Shown: positions 18,036 to 27,735 of the stretch, one piece after another
Layout of the letters: each line of letters begins with the position of its first letter
Numbering within the stretch: the stretch's first letter is position 1
Assembly: GCA_031418855.1 (NCBI GenBank)
Contig: JANOJR010000260.1
Location: 1-56,824, forward strand
Direction: 5' to 3'
Source of the DNA: Rubrivivax sp.
GTDB lineage: Bacteria > Pseudomonadota > Gammaproteobacteria > Burkholderiales > Burkholderiaceae_C
Length of the DNA: 56,824 nucleotides
Position numbers and translations under genes: made by a program
Notes under the pieces: model-generated
Told to the model about the DNA's origin: nothing
Databases searched by the model: none
What the model saw: only the letters and a program-made list of their open reading frames with translations

Positions 18036-19202
18036 TCAGGGCAAATGCAAGACTTGCTTGGCGAGGATGTTGCGCTGGACTTCGGACGACCCGCCATAGA
18101 TCGTGCCGGCCATCGATGCCAGGAACGTGGCTGCGACCTGTAGGTCCTGGAGCGCGCCGTTCGGGTCGCTGACGCCGCTCACGCCGCTGTAAGGCCCGGC
18201 GATTTCGACGGCCACGGCCGCGATGCGCTTGTACATCTCGGTCTGGTGCACCTTGAGCATCGCCCCTTCCATGCCCAGCTCGCCGCCCGCTCGGACTTTT
18301 TCCAGGCCCGCTTGGTACAGGCTGTTGTGGTCGGCCAGGTCGGCGGCCAGGCGCGCGTAGCGCTCCATGAAAGCCGGTTCGCCCCAGATCCCCACGGCAT
18401 GCGCGATCTTGCGCAGCAGCGCGAGCGCGTTGAACGACTGCGCCGAGGCACCAAGGAACAGGCGCTCGCCACCCATCAGCGCCTTGCTGACCGACCAGCC
18501 GCGGTTGACTTCGCCAACGATGGCGTCCGCCGGCACCCGCACATGGTCGAAGAAGACTTCGCAGAAGTCCTCGTGCATCGAGAGCATGCGGATGGGGCGG
18601 ATGCTCACCCCGGGCGCATCAAGCGGCACCAGGAAGTAGCTGATGCCGTCCTGCGGCTTCGCGGCTTCTTTGTCGGTGCGCGCCAGCATGTGGCACCACT
18701 GCGCCTGGTCGGCGCGCGAAGTCCAGGTTTTCTGGCCGGTGATGGTCCAGCCTTCGCCGTTCCAGAGCGCCTCGGTGCGCAGGCTCGCGAGATCGGAGCC
18801 CGCGTTGGGCTCGCTGTAGCCCTGGCACCAGACCTGCTCGCCCGACAGAATCTTCGGCAGGAAGTACTCGCGTTGCGCCGGTGTTCCGAACTTGATGAGC
18901 ATCGGCCCCGTCATCATCACGCCGTTGTCGGCATAGCGCGAGCAGCCGTGGGCGTCGACCACCTCGGCCATGATGATGCGCTTGGCGGGGTTCAGGCCCA
19001 TGCCGCCGTATTCGCGTGGCCAGGCCGGTGCTGTCCAGCCACGGCCGGCCAGTTTCGCGTACCAGCCGCGCGTCACCGAATGGGGCAACTGGCCAATCTG
19101 GAAACGCAGCTCGGGCGGGTAGTTGGCTTCGACGAACTCGCGCACCATCGCGCGGAAGGCGTCGTCGCTCATCGCGTTGTAGTCGGGGCCGATGTCAATC
19201 AT
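18036..19202 (-). CDS. Acyl-CoA dehydrogenase, PimC/ChsE-type large subunit
   Basis: WCQGYSEPNAGSDLASL, GQKTWTS, EVFFD, TIYGGSSEVQRN. Confidence 0.92.
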   Translation of the reverse strand: MIDIGPDYNAMSDDAFRAMVREFVEANYPPELRFQIGQLPHSVTRGWYAKLAGRGWTAPAWPREYGGMGLNPAKRIIMAEVVDAHGCSRYADNGVMMTGPMLIKFGTPAQREYFLPKILSGEQVWCQGYSEPNAGSDLASLRTEALWNGEGWTITGQKTWTSRADQAQWCHMLARTDKEAAKPQDGISYFLVPLDAPGVSIRPIRMLSMHEDFCEVFFDHVRVPADAIVGEVNRGWSVSKALMGGERLFLGASAQSFNALALLRKIAHAVGIWGEPAFMERYARLAADLADHNSLYQAGLEKVRAGGELGMEGAMLKVHQTEMYKRIAAVAVEIAGPYSGVSGVSDPNGALQDLQVAATFLASMAGTIYGGSSEVQRNILAKQVLHLP

Positions 19203-19207
19203 GGGTT

Positions 19208-20272
19208 TCAATCATGGCGGGCGAGCTCGAGGGCGGTGAAGCGCTGTCGGTGCGCGACGCTGGAGCCCCAGTCGTTGTGCACGGCGAGGATCTTGCGTGC
19301 GTAGAGCCCGATGTCGCACTCGTCGGTCATGCCCATCGCGCCGTGGAACTGAACGGCTTCCTGCGCCACACGCAGGCCCGCATCACCGGAGCGCATCCTG
19401 GCGCGCGACACGATGGCCCGGCGTTCGCCGACCGATGTCGACGCATCGTCGAGCGTGGCGGCTGCATCGTTGACGACGGCACGCGTGAGTTCGATCTGGA
19501 TCTTCAAGTCCACAGCGCGATGCTGCAGGGCCTGGAAGCTGCCGATGGGCTTGCCGAACTGCTTGCGCACGCCCATGTAGGCCAGCGTGATGTCGAACGC
19601 GGCTTCCATCGCGCCAAGCAGGTAGGCCGCAGTGGCGAGCGCGCTCTCCTCGAAGACCTCGTCCAAGGTCCCCGCCAGCGCTTCGCCGGGGGCATCGGCG
19701 AACACCACGTCGCCGGCGAAGCAGCCGTCGTGCAGGCTGACTGGCGTGACGGCGACGCCCGGCGCATCTTTGCGCACGAGTGCCAGCCCTTCGTTCGTGG
19801 CCACCAGGAAGGCGTCGGCGGCCGCTGCGCACGCGACGAGCCGCTTGCTGCCGCGCACCTTGCCATCGCGAAAGTGCGTCTGGCCGCTGAGGGCGAGCTC
19901 GTGTGCACCTTCCATCCACGCCGGCACCACGATGCGCTCGCCCGCCATCACGCTGGCTAGCCATTCGCCTTGCAGCCGTTGCGCCGCCGCAGCGACCGCA
20001 ATGAGAGGTTCGGAACTGAGCGATGCGCCGAGTTGCTGCGCCACGGCGCACAGCGCGGTGACGTCAAAGCCTGTGCCGTCACGATCCTCCGGCACGCGCA
20101 GGCCGGCCCAGCCCAGGCCGCACATCTGCTGCCACAGAGCAGGGTCGAAGCCGGGCTGGCGAAAGCGCAGGGCCCGCGCGCGTGCCGCGCCCGCGTCGCG
20201 CGGCACCACGGCCGCAGCGCTGTGGCGTATCAGTGCAAGGCGCTCGCGCGCATCGTCAAGGGCTTGCGGCAT
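19208..20272 (-). CDS. Acyl-CoA dehydrogenase, PimD/ChsE-type small subunit
   Basis: 354 aa, RKQFGKPIGSFQALQH, QFHGAMGMT. Lacks the SEP-x-x-GSD motif. Confidence 0.88.
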   Translation of the reverse strand: MPQALDDARERLALIRHSAAAVVPRDAGAARARALRFRQPGFDPALWQQMCGLGWAGLRVPEDRDGTGFDVTALCAVAQQLGASLSSEPLIAVAAAAQRLQGEWLASVMAGERIVVPAWMEGAHELALSGQTHFRDGKVRGSKRLVACAAAADAFLVATNEGLALVRKDAPGVAVTPVSLHDGCFAGDVVFADAPGEALAGTLDEVFEESALATAAYLLGAMEAAFDITLAYMGVRKQFGKPIGSFQALQHRAVDLKIQIELTRAVVNDAAATLDDASTSVGERRAIVSRARMRSGDAGLRVAQEAVQFHGAMGMTDECDIGLYARKILAVHNDWGSSVAHRQRFTALELARHD

Positions 20273-20287
20273 GGCGTGGCGTCCTCC

Positions 20288-21043
20288 TCAGCTGCCCTTG
20301 AAGGACGGCGTTCGCTTCTCAAAGAATGCCGACTTGCCTTCGTCATGATCGGTGGAGCTGAACAGCATCGCCTGGATTTCGCGCTCGCGCAGCAGCACGT
20401 CGTCCAGGCCAGACGCGAACACCGAGCGCGTCAGCGCGATGGGCAGCGGCGCCTTGGCGGCCAGCATGCTCGCCAGCCGTGACGCTTCTTGCAGCGCGCC
20501 ACCGGCGGCTACGACCGTGTCGATCACACCCCAGTCCAGCGCCTGCTGCGCACTGAACACCTCGTTGTACAGAAGGATTTGTCGTGCCCGCCCCGTGCCC
20601 ACGCGCGCGGGCAGCGAATGCAGGATGCCGGTGTCCGGCGCCATGCCGATCTCACCGAAGCCGGCCTTGAAGCGCGCGCTCTCGCCCGCCACGATGGTGT
20701 CGCACAGGAGCGCGAGCGAGAGCCCGCCGCCCACAGCCCAGCCTTCCACGGCGGCAATGATCGGCTTGCTGCTCTGCGCCAGCAGCCGCACCAGGTCGTG
20801 CACGATGCGCATGCGGTCCAGCGCCGCGCCCATGGGCATGTGGCCCATGGCGGTGATATCGCCGCCGACGCAAAACTGCGTCTCGCCGCCGGTGAAGACC
20901 ACGGCGCGCACCGTCTGGTCGGCTTCGAGCGCGCGGAAGGTGTTCAAGAGGGCGATGCGCATCGGCATCGAGAACGCATTGCGGCGCTCGGGGTCGTTCA
21001 TGCGGACGGTGGCAACGCCGCCCTCGTGCGATTGCATGATCAT
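20288..21043 (-). CDS. Enoyl-CoA hydratase/isomerase (PaaG-like motif)
   Basis: FCVGGD, AVGGGLSLALLCD, IGMAPDTG, AFFEKRTPSF. GGAGA RBS before ATG 21043. Confidence 0.9.
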   Translation of the reverse strand: MIMQSHEGGVATVRMNDPERRNAFSMPMRIALLNTFRALEADQTVRAVVFTGGETQFCVGGDITAMGHMPMGAALDRMRIVHDLVRLLAQSSKPIIAAVEGWAVGGGLSLALLCDTIVAGESARFKAGFGEIGMAPDTGILHSLPARVGTGRARQILLYNEVFSAQQALDWGVIDTVVAAGGALQEASRLASMLAAKAPLPIALTRSVFASGLDDVLLREREIQAMLFSSTDHDEGKSAFFEKRTPSFKGS

Positions 21044-21064
21044 GAAGTCACTTTCTCCAAGCAT

Positions 21065-22231
21065 TCAGTGGTTGCCGCCGCCGTGCACGGCGGCGAGCGT
21101 GCCGGACGCTTCGAGTTGCGTGAAGCGCTCGCCGCCGAACCAACTGCGCAGCGCTGCCAGTGCCTCGTCGCGCGTGCTCGCCTGCGGGGCTTTCGGCAGC
21201 GGCGGCGCACTGCGGCTAAAGCGCGGCGCGGGCATGGGCTGCTGCACGCCGCCAACCAGGGCGAACATCTGGCGGGCGGCGGCGTGCGGGTGCGCGGGCG
21301 CTTCAGCCATCGTCAGCACCGGGGCGAAGCAGGCGTCGGTGCCTTCCAGCGACTGGCACCACGCGTCGCGCGTGCGGGTGCGGAATTTCGCGGCCAGGGT
21401 CGCGCGCATGCGCGGCCATTGCGTGCGGTCCCAGCGGTTCGGAAAGTCCGCCTTCGCAATGTCCAGGCGCTGAAGCATTTCCTCGAAGAAGCGCGTTTCT
21501 ATCGGCGCCACCGACACGAACTTGCCATCCGCGCACTCGTAGACGTCGTAGAACGGCGTGCCCGAGTCGGCGATGTTGCTGCCGCGTTCCAGCTTCCACA
21601 TGCCAGCCGCCATCAGGCCGAACATGCTCGTCATGAGGGAGGTCACGCCGTCCAGGATGGCGGCGTCGACCACCTGGCCATGGCCCGAGCGCTCGCTCTC
21701 GCGCAGTGCGGCCAGCATGCCCAGCGCCAGGTAAAGCGAGCCGCCCGCGTAGTCGCCCAACAAATTGATCGGGATGCTCGGTGGCTGGCCAGCACGGCCA
21801 ATCGCATCGAGCGCGCCGGTCAGCGCGATGTAGTTCAGGTCGTGCGCCGCGGCTTGAGCCAGCGGACCGGTCTGACCCCAGCCCGTCATGCGCCCAAAAA
21901 CGAGTTTCGGGTTGCGCTTGAAGCAATCTTCTGGCCCCAGGCCCAGCCGCTCCATCACGCCGGGCCGCATGCCTTCGATGAGGGCATCGGCCCCGGCCAC
22001 GACTTCCATCGCCATGGCGCGGCCTGCGGCCGACTTCAGGTCCAGCGCCATCACCTCGCGGTTGCGCAGCAGCAGGTCGAACTGCAGCGGCCGCTTGCTG
22101 CCCAGTTCGACCGGCGTCACGCGGTCGATGCGCATCACGGTGGCGCCCAGGTCGGCCAGCAGCATCGCGCACATCGGCGCAGGGCCGACAGCGGCGAATT
22201 CGACGATCTTCAAGCCAGCAAGCGGTCCCAT
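21065..22231 (-). CDS. Family III CoA-transferase / alpha-methylacyl-CoA racemase-like
   Basis: GPAPMCAMLLADLGA, RPGVMERLGLG, MTGWGQTGP, HDLNY, NLLGDYAGG. Confidence 0.9.
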   Translation of the reverse strand: MGPLAGLKIVEFAAVGPAPMCAMLLADLGATVMRIDRVTPVELGSKRPLQFDLLLRNREVMALDLKSAAGRAMAMEVVAGADALIEGMRPGVMERLGLGPEDCFKRNPKLVFGRMTGWGQTGPLAQAAAHDLNYIALTGALDAIGRAGQPPSIPINLLGDYAGGSLYLALGMLAALRESERSGHGQVVDAAILDGVTSLMTSMFGLMAAGMWKLERGSNIADSGTPFYDVYECADGKFVSVAPIETRFFEEMLQRLDIAKADFPNRWDRTQWPRMRATLAAKFRTRTRDAWCQSLEGTDACFAPVLTMAEAPAHPHAAARQMFALVGGVQQPMPAPRFSRSAPPLPKAPQASTRDEALAALRSWFGGERFTQLEASGTLAAVHGGGNH

Positions 22232-22246
22232 TGGGGGCTCAGCCTC

Positions 22247-23212
22247 TCAGGGCTTGCGCGGCGACCTGGCGATGACGTCGCCCCACTTGGCGAGTTCGTC
22301 GCGCGTCATCAAGGCCAGCTCATCGCTGGTGGCCGGCACCAAATCGAAGCCGCGCTCTTCAACGAAGGCCTGGAACTCGGCGGTCTTCTGGATTTTCAGC
22401 AGCTCATCCGAGTAGCGTTTGACGACGGCCGGCGGCATCTCGGGCGGGCCGTACATGGCGAACCACGCGACGAACTCAAAACCAGGATAGAGCTCATTCA
22501 TCGCCGGCACGTTGTGGATCACCTTGTGGCGGGTCTTGCCGCTGGTGGCCAGCACCTTGATGGCAGCTTGCTTCCACAGCGGCACGGCGTTGCTGATGAC
22601 CTCGAAGCTGAAGTCGATGTGCCCGCCCAACAGGTCCTGCATCACCGGCGCGGAGCCCTTGTAGTTGACCTGGTTGAAGTCGACGTTCGCCACTTGCGCG
22701 AGCATGTTGATCGTCATTTCGGTTCCGGTTCCGACGCCCGCCGAGCCGGCTGAAATCTTGCCCGGCGAGGCCTTGGCCAAGGCGATCAGTTCCTGCACCG
22801 AGTTGATCGGCGACTTGGCCGCGACGGTCAGGCCGTACGGAAAGCCCGCGAGCCCGCCGAGCGGCGTGAAGCCCTTGATCGTGTCGTAAGGCAGCTTGCC
22901 CAGGTGCGGTGCGATCGCCTGGATCGTGTTGGCGCTGATGACGATGGTGTAGCCGTCGGCCGGCGACCGGGTGGCCCTTTCAAGGGCGATCTGACCGGCG
23001 GCGCCAAGGACGTTCTCGACAATCACCGTTTGCCCCAGACCGGCTTGCAGTTGCCTGGCCACTTGGCGCGCCAGCGCGTCGGTCGGTCCGCCGGCGCTGA
23101 AGGGCACGATGAGCTTGATGGGTTTGGCGGCGGGGAAGAGCTGGGCCAGGGCCAGCGTCGGGAACATCGACAGGGCGAGCGCGGCGGTGGCGAGTGTGCG
23201 TCGGTTCAACAT
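22247..23212 (-). CDS. Bug/TctC tripartite tricarboxylate transporter substrate-binding protein
   Basis: PIKLIVPFSAGGPTD, DGYT, YKGSAP, signal peptide. Confidence 0.92.
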   Translation of the reverse strand: MLNRRTLATAALALSMFPTLALAQLFPAAKPIKLIVPFSAGGPTDALARQVARQLQAGLGQTVIVENVLGAAGQIALERATRSPADGYTIVISANTIQAIAPHLGKLPYDTIKGFTPLGGLAGFPYGLTVAAKSPINSVQELIALAKASPGKISAGSAGVGTGTEMTINMLAQVANVDFNQVNYKGSAPVMQDLLGGHIDFSFEVISNAVPLWKQAAIKVLATSGKTRHKVIHNVPAMNELYPGFEFVAWFAMYGPPEMPPAVVKRYSDELLKIQKTAEFQAFVEERGFDLVPATSDELALMTRDELAKWGDVIARSPRKP

Positions 23213-23238
23213 GCCGGATGTCTCCTTAGGTGCTGGGC

Positions 23239-23302
23239 ATGGTGGCCGACGCGCGCGCTGCTGACAATTGACTTATTGCGGCCCTTGTTGAATGCAATTC
23301 AA
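23239..23302 (-). promoter_or_regulatory. Putative LysR-activated promoter
   Basis: Palindrome TTGAAT-N3-ATTCAA (23288-23302), a second half-site ending TCAA, then TTGTCA-N17-CACCAT. Confidence 0.6.
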
Positions 23303-23356
23303 GTGCGCCGCTTGTTCCTGTTTCTTATAGTCCGCAACCGAAGCAAAGGAGCAGCC

Positions 23357-23695
23357 ATGGCCTATGAAATGATTGAAGTAAGCACGCATGCCGGCAAGGT
23401 TGGCGCGGCCACCTTCAACCGCCCGAAGCACCTGAAGGCGCTCAACGATGCGCTGATGAACGAGCTGGGCCAGGCCCTGCTGGCCTTCGAGGGCGACGAC
23501 GCCATCGGCTGCATGGTCCTCACCGGCAACGGCAAGGCGTTCGCTGCGGGCGCCGACATCGGTGCGATGGCCACGCTGAGCTACGCCGATGCCTACAAGG
23601 GCGACGTCAACACGCGCAACTTGGAGACCATCCGCACCCTGCGCAAGCCGCTGATCGCCGCGGGCAATTGATTCGCCTTGGGCGGAGGCTGTGAG
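23357..23695 (+). pseudogene. 5' fragment of an enoyl-CoA hydratase (PaaF-like) with an internal TGA
   Basis: NRPKHLKALN, KAFAAGADI, KPLIAAGN*FALGGGCE. TGA at 23669-23671 sits where Gly is expected, and similarity ends after GGGCE. Confidence 0.85.
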
Positions 23696-23905
23696 GTGTA
23701 CGTCGTCAAGCTGCTGGAGATCGGGATGGTGACCCCGCCGGTTGGCTTGAACGTCTTCGTGCTAAGCAGTACGGTGGGCAAGCTCGCCTCGACGGATGTC
23801 ATCTTCCGTGGCGTGCTGTGGTTCTTCATAGCGGACATGTTCCTGCTGGCACTGCTGATTGCAGTACCGGACATCATCATGTTCATTCCAAGGTTGTTTG
23901 CATGA
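23696..23905 (+). pseudogene. 3' fragment of a TRAP transporter large permease (DctM)
   Basis: EIGMVTPPVGLNVFV...IFRGVLWF...P is the DctM C-terminal signature. The rest of the gene is missing. Confidence 0.82.
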
Positions 23906-23921
23906 GTCAGGAGAAGCACAC

Positions 23922-24977
23922 ATGAGAGGCGTTGTATTTACGGGGCACGGAAAGCTGGAACTGCAGCAGTTCGCCGATCCGGTGCCGGGGCCTGGCGAGG
24001 TGGTGCTGGAGATGAAAGCATCGGGCATGTGCGGCAGCGACCTCAAGCTGCTGCGGGGTTCGCCCGCTGAAGTTGCCGCCGCGCTCGGCGTCAAGGGAGA
24101 CGGCAATCCGGTCATCGCAGGGCACGAGCCTTGCGGTGTCGTGGCGGCGATCGGGCCTGGGGTCAGCCAGAAGCAGGCGCGAATCGGCATGCGTGTAATG
24201 CAGCACCACTACGACGCATGCGGCGTCTGCCGGCATTGCGCTACTGGCTGGACGCAGATGTGCGTGGACGGCATGACAGCAAGCTACGGCGCCACCGCGC
24301 ACGGCGGGCATGCGCAGTACATGAAGTGCCCCGCCCATACGCTGGTGCCGCTGCCGGACGAGCTCAGTTTTTCTACCGGGGCTGCGATTGCCTGCGGCAC
24401 CGGCACCGCATGGGGCGCGCTCAAGCGTCTCGACCTCACGGGAGATGAGACGATCGCGATTTTCGGCCAGGGTCCCGTGGGGCTCTCGGCAACGCAGTTG
24501 GCAACAGCCCTCGGCGCGCGCGTGATTGCACTGGACACCAACGAACAGCGCCTGGAGCGGGCACGTGAGTTCGGAGCGGCGGTGTCGATCAATCCGATGA
24601 CGACCGATGATGTGGTCGGCGCGATTCGCGAGGCGACACGCGGCCTGGGTGCCCATGCCGCGATTGACGCTTCCTCTTCGCCGACCGCGCGGCGTCAGGC
24701 CGTGCAATCGGTGCGGACCTGGGGCAAGGTGTGCCTGGTCGGCGAAGGCAACGAACTCAACGTCGACGTGAGCAAGGACATACTGCGCCGGCAGGTGACC
24801 ATCATGGGCTCATGGACGTTTTCCAAAGTGGGCTTGGCGGACTGCGCCCGCTTTGTTGCCGACCGCGAGGTCGACGTCGATCGCCTCTTCACCCACACCT
24901 GGCGCCTGGACCAGGCCGACGAGGCCTATCGCCTTTTCGACCGGCAGAGCGATGGCAAGGGCGTCTTCCTGATATGA
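23922..24977 (+). CDS. Zinc-binding (MDR) alcohol dehydrogenase
   Basis: CGSD, GHE, CGVCRHC-x7-C structural Zn site, GQGPVG. Confidence 0.92.
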   Translation: MRGVVFTGHGKLELQQFADPVPGPGEVVLEMKASGMCGSDLKLLRGSPAEVAAALGVKGDGNPVIAGHEPCGVVAAIGPGVSQKQARIGMRVMQHHYDACGVCRHCATGWTQMCVDGMTASYGATAHGGHAQYMKCPAHTLVPLPDELSFSTGAAIACGTGTAWGALKRLDLTGDETIAIFGQGPVGLSATQLATALGARVIALDTNEQRLERAREFGAAVSINPMTTDDVVGAIREATRGLGAHAAIDASSSPTARRQAVQSVRTWGKVCLVGEGNELNVDVSKDILRRQVTIMGSWTFSKVGLADCARFVADREVDVDRLFTHTWRLDQADEAYRLFDRQSDGKGVFLI

Positions 24978-26461
24978 CCGATATGCAGTACTACCCCATG
25001 TACCTCGACGGCCGCGACGTCGAAGCCTTGTCCGGCGAGTGGTTCGACAGCTACAACCCGTTCACGGCCGAGCCGTGGGCCAAGGTGGCCCACGGCGGGA
25101 TCGCCGACGTCGACCGCGCAGTGCAGTCTGCGCACAAGGCCTTTACCCAAGGGCCATGGCCGCAACTGAGCGCCACCGAGCGAGGCTTGCTGTTGCATCG
25201 CCTGGGCGAGCTGGTCGCGCGCGACGCCCGCAAACTCGCGGAGATCGAGGTCCGCGACAACGGCAAGCTGATCGCCGAGATGCAGGCACAGCTGAACTAC
25301 GTGCCGCACTGGTACTACTACTTCGGCGGCCTCGCCGACAAGATCCAGGGATCGGTGATTCCGCTGGACAAGAAGGGATATTTCAACTTCACCCGCCACG
25401 AACCGCTGGGGGTAGTCGCTGCCATCACCCCGTGGAACTCGCCGCTGCTGCTTACCGCCTGGAAGCTCGCGCCGGCGCTGGCGGCCGGCAACACCGTGGT
25501 GCTCAAGCCATCCGAGTTCACCTCTGCGTCCACGCTGGAATTCGTCAAGCTCGTGGCGGAGGCCGGGTTTCCGCTTGGCGTCGTCAACGTGGTCACGGGC
25601 TTTGGCAAGGACGTTGGCGCGGCGCTCGTCGAGCACCCGCTGGTACGCAAGATCACGTTCACGGGTTCGGACACAACGGGCCGCGCCATCAACCAGGCAG
25701 CTGCGCGCACCTTCAAACGCGTGAGCCTTGAACTCGGCGGCAAGTCACCGAACATCGTGTTCGCTGACGCCAATCTGGACGATGCCGTTAATGGCGCGGT
25801 ATCGGGCATATTTGCAGCCACAGGCCAGACCTGCATCGCTGGTTCGCGCCTCTTCTTGCAGGACTCGATCCACGATGCATTCCTGGAGCGACTTCTGGCA
25901 CTCGCGCGCACGGCGCGCATGGGTGACCCGATGAGCCTGCAGACGCAGATTGGCCCGGTGACAACCAAGCCGCAATACGAGAGAGTTCTGGGCTACATCG
26001 ACATCGCTCGCAGCGAAGGCGCAAAGCTTTTGCTGGGTGGCCATCCGGCCACACGGCCCGAGTGCGGCAAGGGCTGGTTCATCGAACCCACGGTGTTCGG
26101 CGACGTCGACAACGGGATGCGGATTGCTCAGGAGGAGGTGTTCGGTCCGGTCCTGTCGGTGATCAGGTTCAAGGGCGAGGACGATGCGGTGGCAATGGCC
26201 AACGACGTGCGCTTCGGTCTGGGCTCGGGCGTCTGGACCAGCGATATCGGGCGGGCTCTGCGGATGTCCGAGCGAATCCAGGCCGGCACGGTCTGGGTCA
26301 ATACCTATCGCGCAGGCAGCTTCATGTCGCCGTTCGGCGGCTACAAGGACTCGGGCCTCGGGCGCGAAAATGGCATCGACGCGGTCCGTGAGTTCCTGCA
26401 GGTCAAAAGCGTCTGGATCAACAGTGGGGCAGTGACCACGAATCCATTTGTCGGGCGCTGA
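24974..26461 (+). CDS. Aldehyde dehydrogenase
   Basis: ITPWNSP, FTGS, LELGGKSP, GQTC, EEVFGPV, PFGGYKDSG. ATGA overlap start. Confidence 0.93.
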   Translation: MTDMQYYPMYLDGRDVEALSGEWFDSYNPFTAEPWAKVAHGGIADVDRAVQSAHKAFTQGPWPQLSATERGLLLHRLGELVARDARKLAEIEVRDNGKLIAEMQAQLNYVPHWYYYFGGLADKIQGSVIPLDKKGYFNFTRHEPLGVVAAITPWNSPLLLTAWKLAPALAAGNTVVLKPSEFTSASTLEFVKLVAEAGFPLGVVNVVTGFGKDVGAALVEHPLVRKITFTGSDTTGRAINQAAARTFKRVSLELGGKSPNIVFADANLDDAVNGAVSGIFAATGQTCIAGSRLFLQDSIHDAFLERLLALARTARMGDPMSLQTQIGPVTTKPQYERVLGYIDIARSEGAKLLLGGHPATRPECGKGWFIEPTVFGDVDNGMRIAQEEVFGPVLSVIRFKGEDDAVAMANDVRFGLGSGVWTSDIGRALRMSERIQAGTVWVNTYRAGSFMSPFGGYKDSGLGRENGIDAVREFLQVKSVWINSGAVTTNPFVGR

Positions 26462-26479
26462 GGCGCCCGTTCAGAGCGG

Positions 26480-26508
26480 TTCACCCCGCCTTTACCCGGG
26501 CTTCACCC
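26480..26508 (+). promoter_or_regulatory. Three heptamer direct repeats with 11-bp period (putative winged-helix operator)
   Basis: TTCACCC (26480), TTTACCC (26491), TTCACCC (26502). Confidence 0.55.
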
Positions 26509-26560
26509 GTGCCCAGGGATTCGAAGGTAGCTTGACGAGACCGGAGGCAACCGCAAAAGG

Positions 26561-27550
26561 ATGAATATGAAGTTCTCGAATGTGCTGCGCTGGGTCGCTG
26601 CCACCCTGATTCCGACCTTCGGTGCAATGGTTGCCGCACAGCCGGCGGCCTACCCCAACAAGCCGGTCAAGCTCATCGTGGCATTCGCGCCCGGCGGCAG
26701 CACCGATGGCCTGGCCCGCATCGTCGCGCAGAAACTGACGGACGCGCTCGGCCAGCCGGTGGTGGTGGAGAACAAGCCCGGCGGCAACACCATCATCGGG
26801 TCGGAGGCCCTCACCAGGGCGCCGCGTGATGGTTACACGCTGCTGCTCGCGACGGTGGACCACAGCGTGGTGCCGCAATTGCAGGCAACGCCCTATGACC
26901 CCGTGAAGGATTTCGCGGCCATTGGCGGCATCTCGTACACGCAGCTGCTGCTGGTGGCGAATCCGGCGTTCCCGGCGAACAACGTCCAGGAACTCGTCGT
27001 GCTTGCGAAATCGAAACCCGGCCAGCTGAACGTGGCCACGGCCGGCAGCGGCGGCGTGCAGCATTTGACGGGTGAAATGCTCGCGACGCTGACCGGCACG
27101 AAGCTCGAACACATTCCCTACCGCGGCGGCGGCCCGGCGCTTGCCGATGTGATGGGCGGCCAGGTCCAGCTGTACTTCGCGATCCCGATTTCGTCCATCG
27201 CCCATGTCAACGGCGGCAAGCTCAAGGCGCTCGCCATCACCGGCACCGCGCGCAACGTCGCGCTGCCGAATGTGCCGACCTTCACCGAGGCGGGTGTGCC
27301 CGGCCTGGATGTGAAGACCTGGTACGGCCTGTTCGCGCCTGCGGGCACGCCCCGGCCAGTCCTGGACAAGCTGGCGGACGAACTTGCCAAGGTGCTCGCC
27401 ACGCCCGACATGAAGGATAGGCTGCGCACGCTGGGCATGGACGCGATGCCGATGGGGCCGGACGACTTCGGCGGCTTCGTCAAGAGCGAAGTGGCCAAGT
27501 GGGGCCAGGTCATCAAGGCGGCGAATGTGAAGGTCGAAACGAAGCCCTGA
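26561..27550 (+). CDS. Bug/TctC substrate-binding protein
   Basis: YPNKPVKLIVAFAPGGSTD, ENKPGG, DGYTL, PYRGGGP. Confidence 0.93.
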   Translation: MNMKFSNVLRWVAATLIPTFGAMVAAQPAAYPNKPVKLIVAFAPGGSTDGLARIVAQKLTDALGQPVVVENKPGGNTIIGSEALTRAPRDGYTLLLATVDHSVVPQLQATPYDPVKDFAAIGGISYTQLLLVANPAFPANNVQELVVLAKSKPGQLNVATAGSGGVQHLTGEMLATLTGTKLEHIPYRGGGPALADVMGGQVQLYFAIPISSIAHVNGGKLKALAITGTARNVALPNVPTFTEAGVPGLDVKTWYGLFAPAGTPRPVLDKLADELAKVLATPDMKDRLRTLGMDAMPMGPDDFGGFVKSEVAKWGQVIKAANVKVETKP

Positions 27551-27709
27551 GAGGGTGTGAACACATCCGCCATGCCCGCTCGTGCCGCCATATCGCACCC
27601 ACTCTGCGTTGCAAATGCTCGCCGTAGCCCGAGCTACGGCTGTGCTTTGCGCCTTGATTGCGCGCAATCTGGCGCCCCGCTCGGGCACGCCGGATATGTT
27701 CACACCCTC
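27551..27709. mobile_element. 159-bp MITE (IS5-like ends) with TGA target duplication
   Basis: TIRs GAGGGTGTGAACACATCCG / CGGATATGTTCACACCCTC (18 of 19 match), TGA on both flanks (27548-50, 27710-12), internal hairpin GCCGTAGC-CCGA-GCTACGGC. Confidence 0.85.
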
Positions 27710-27735
27710 TGAGCGGGCGCCTTCGCGAGGCGTTG

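Noticed and set aside
23669-23671. In-frame TGA as selenocysteine or programmed readthrough
   Set aside because: It replaces a conserved Gly rather than Cys, and the gene is truncated shortly after.
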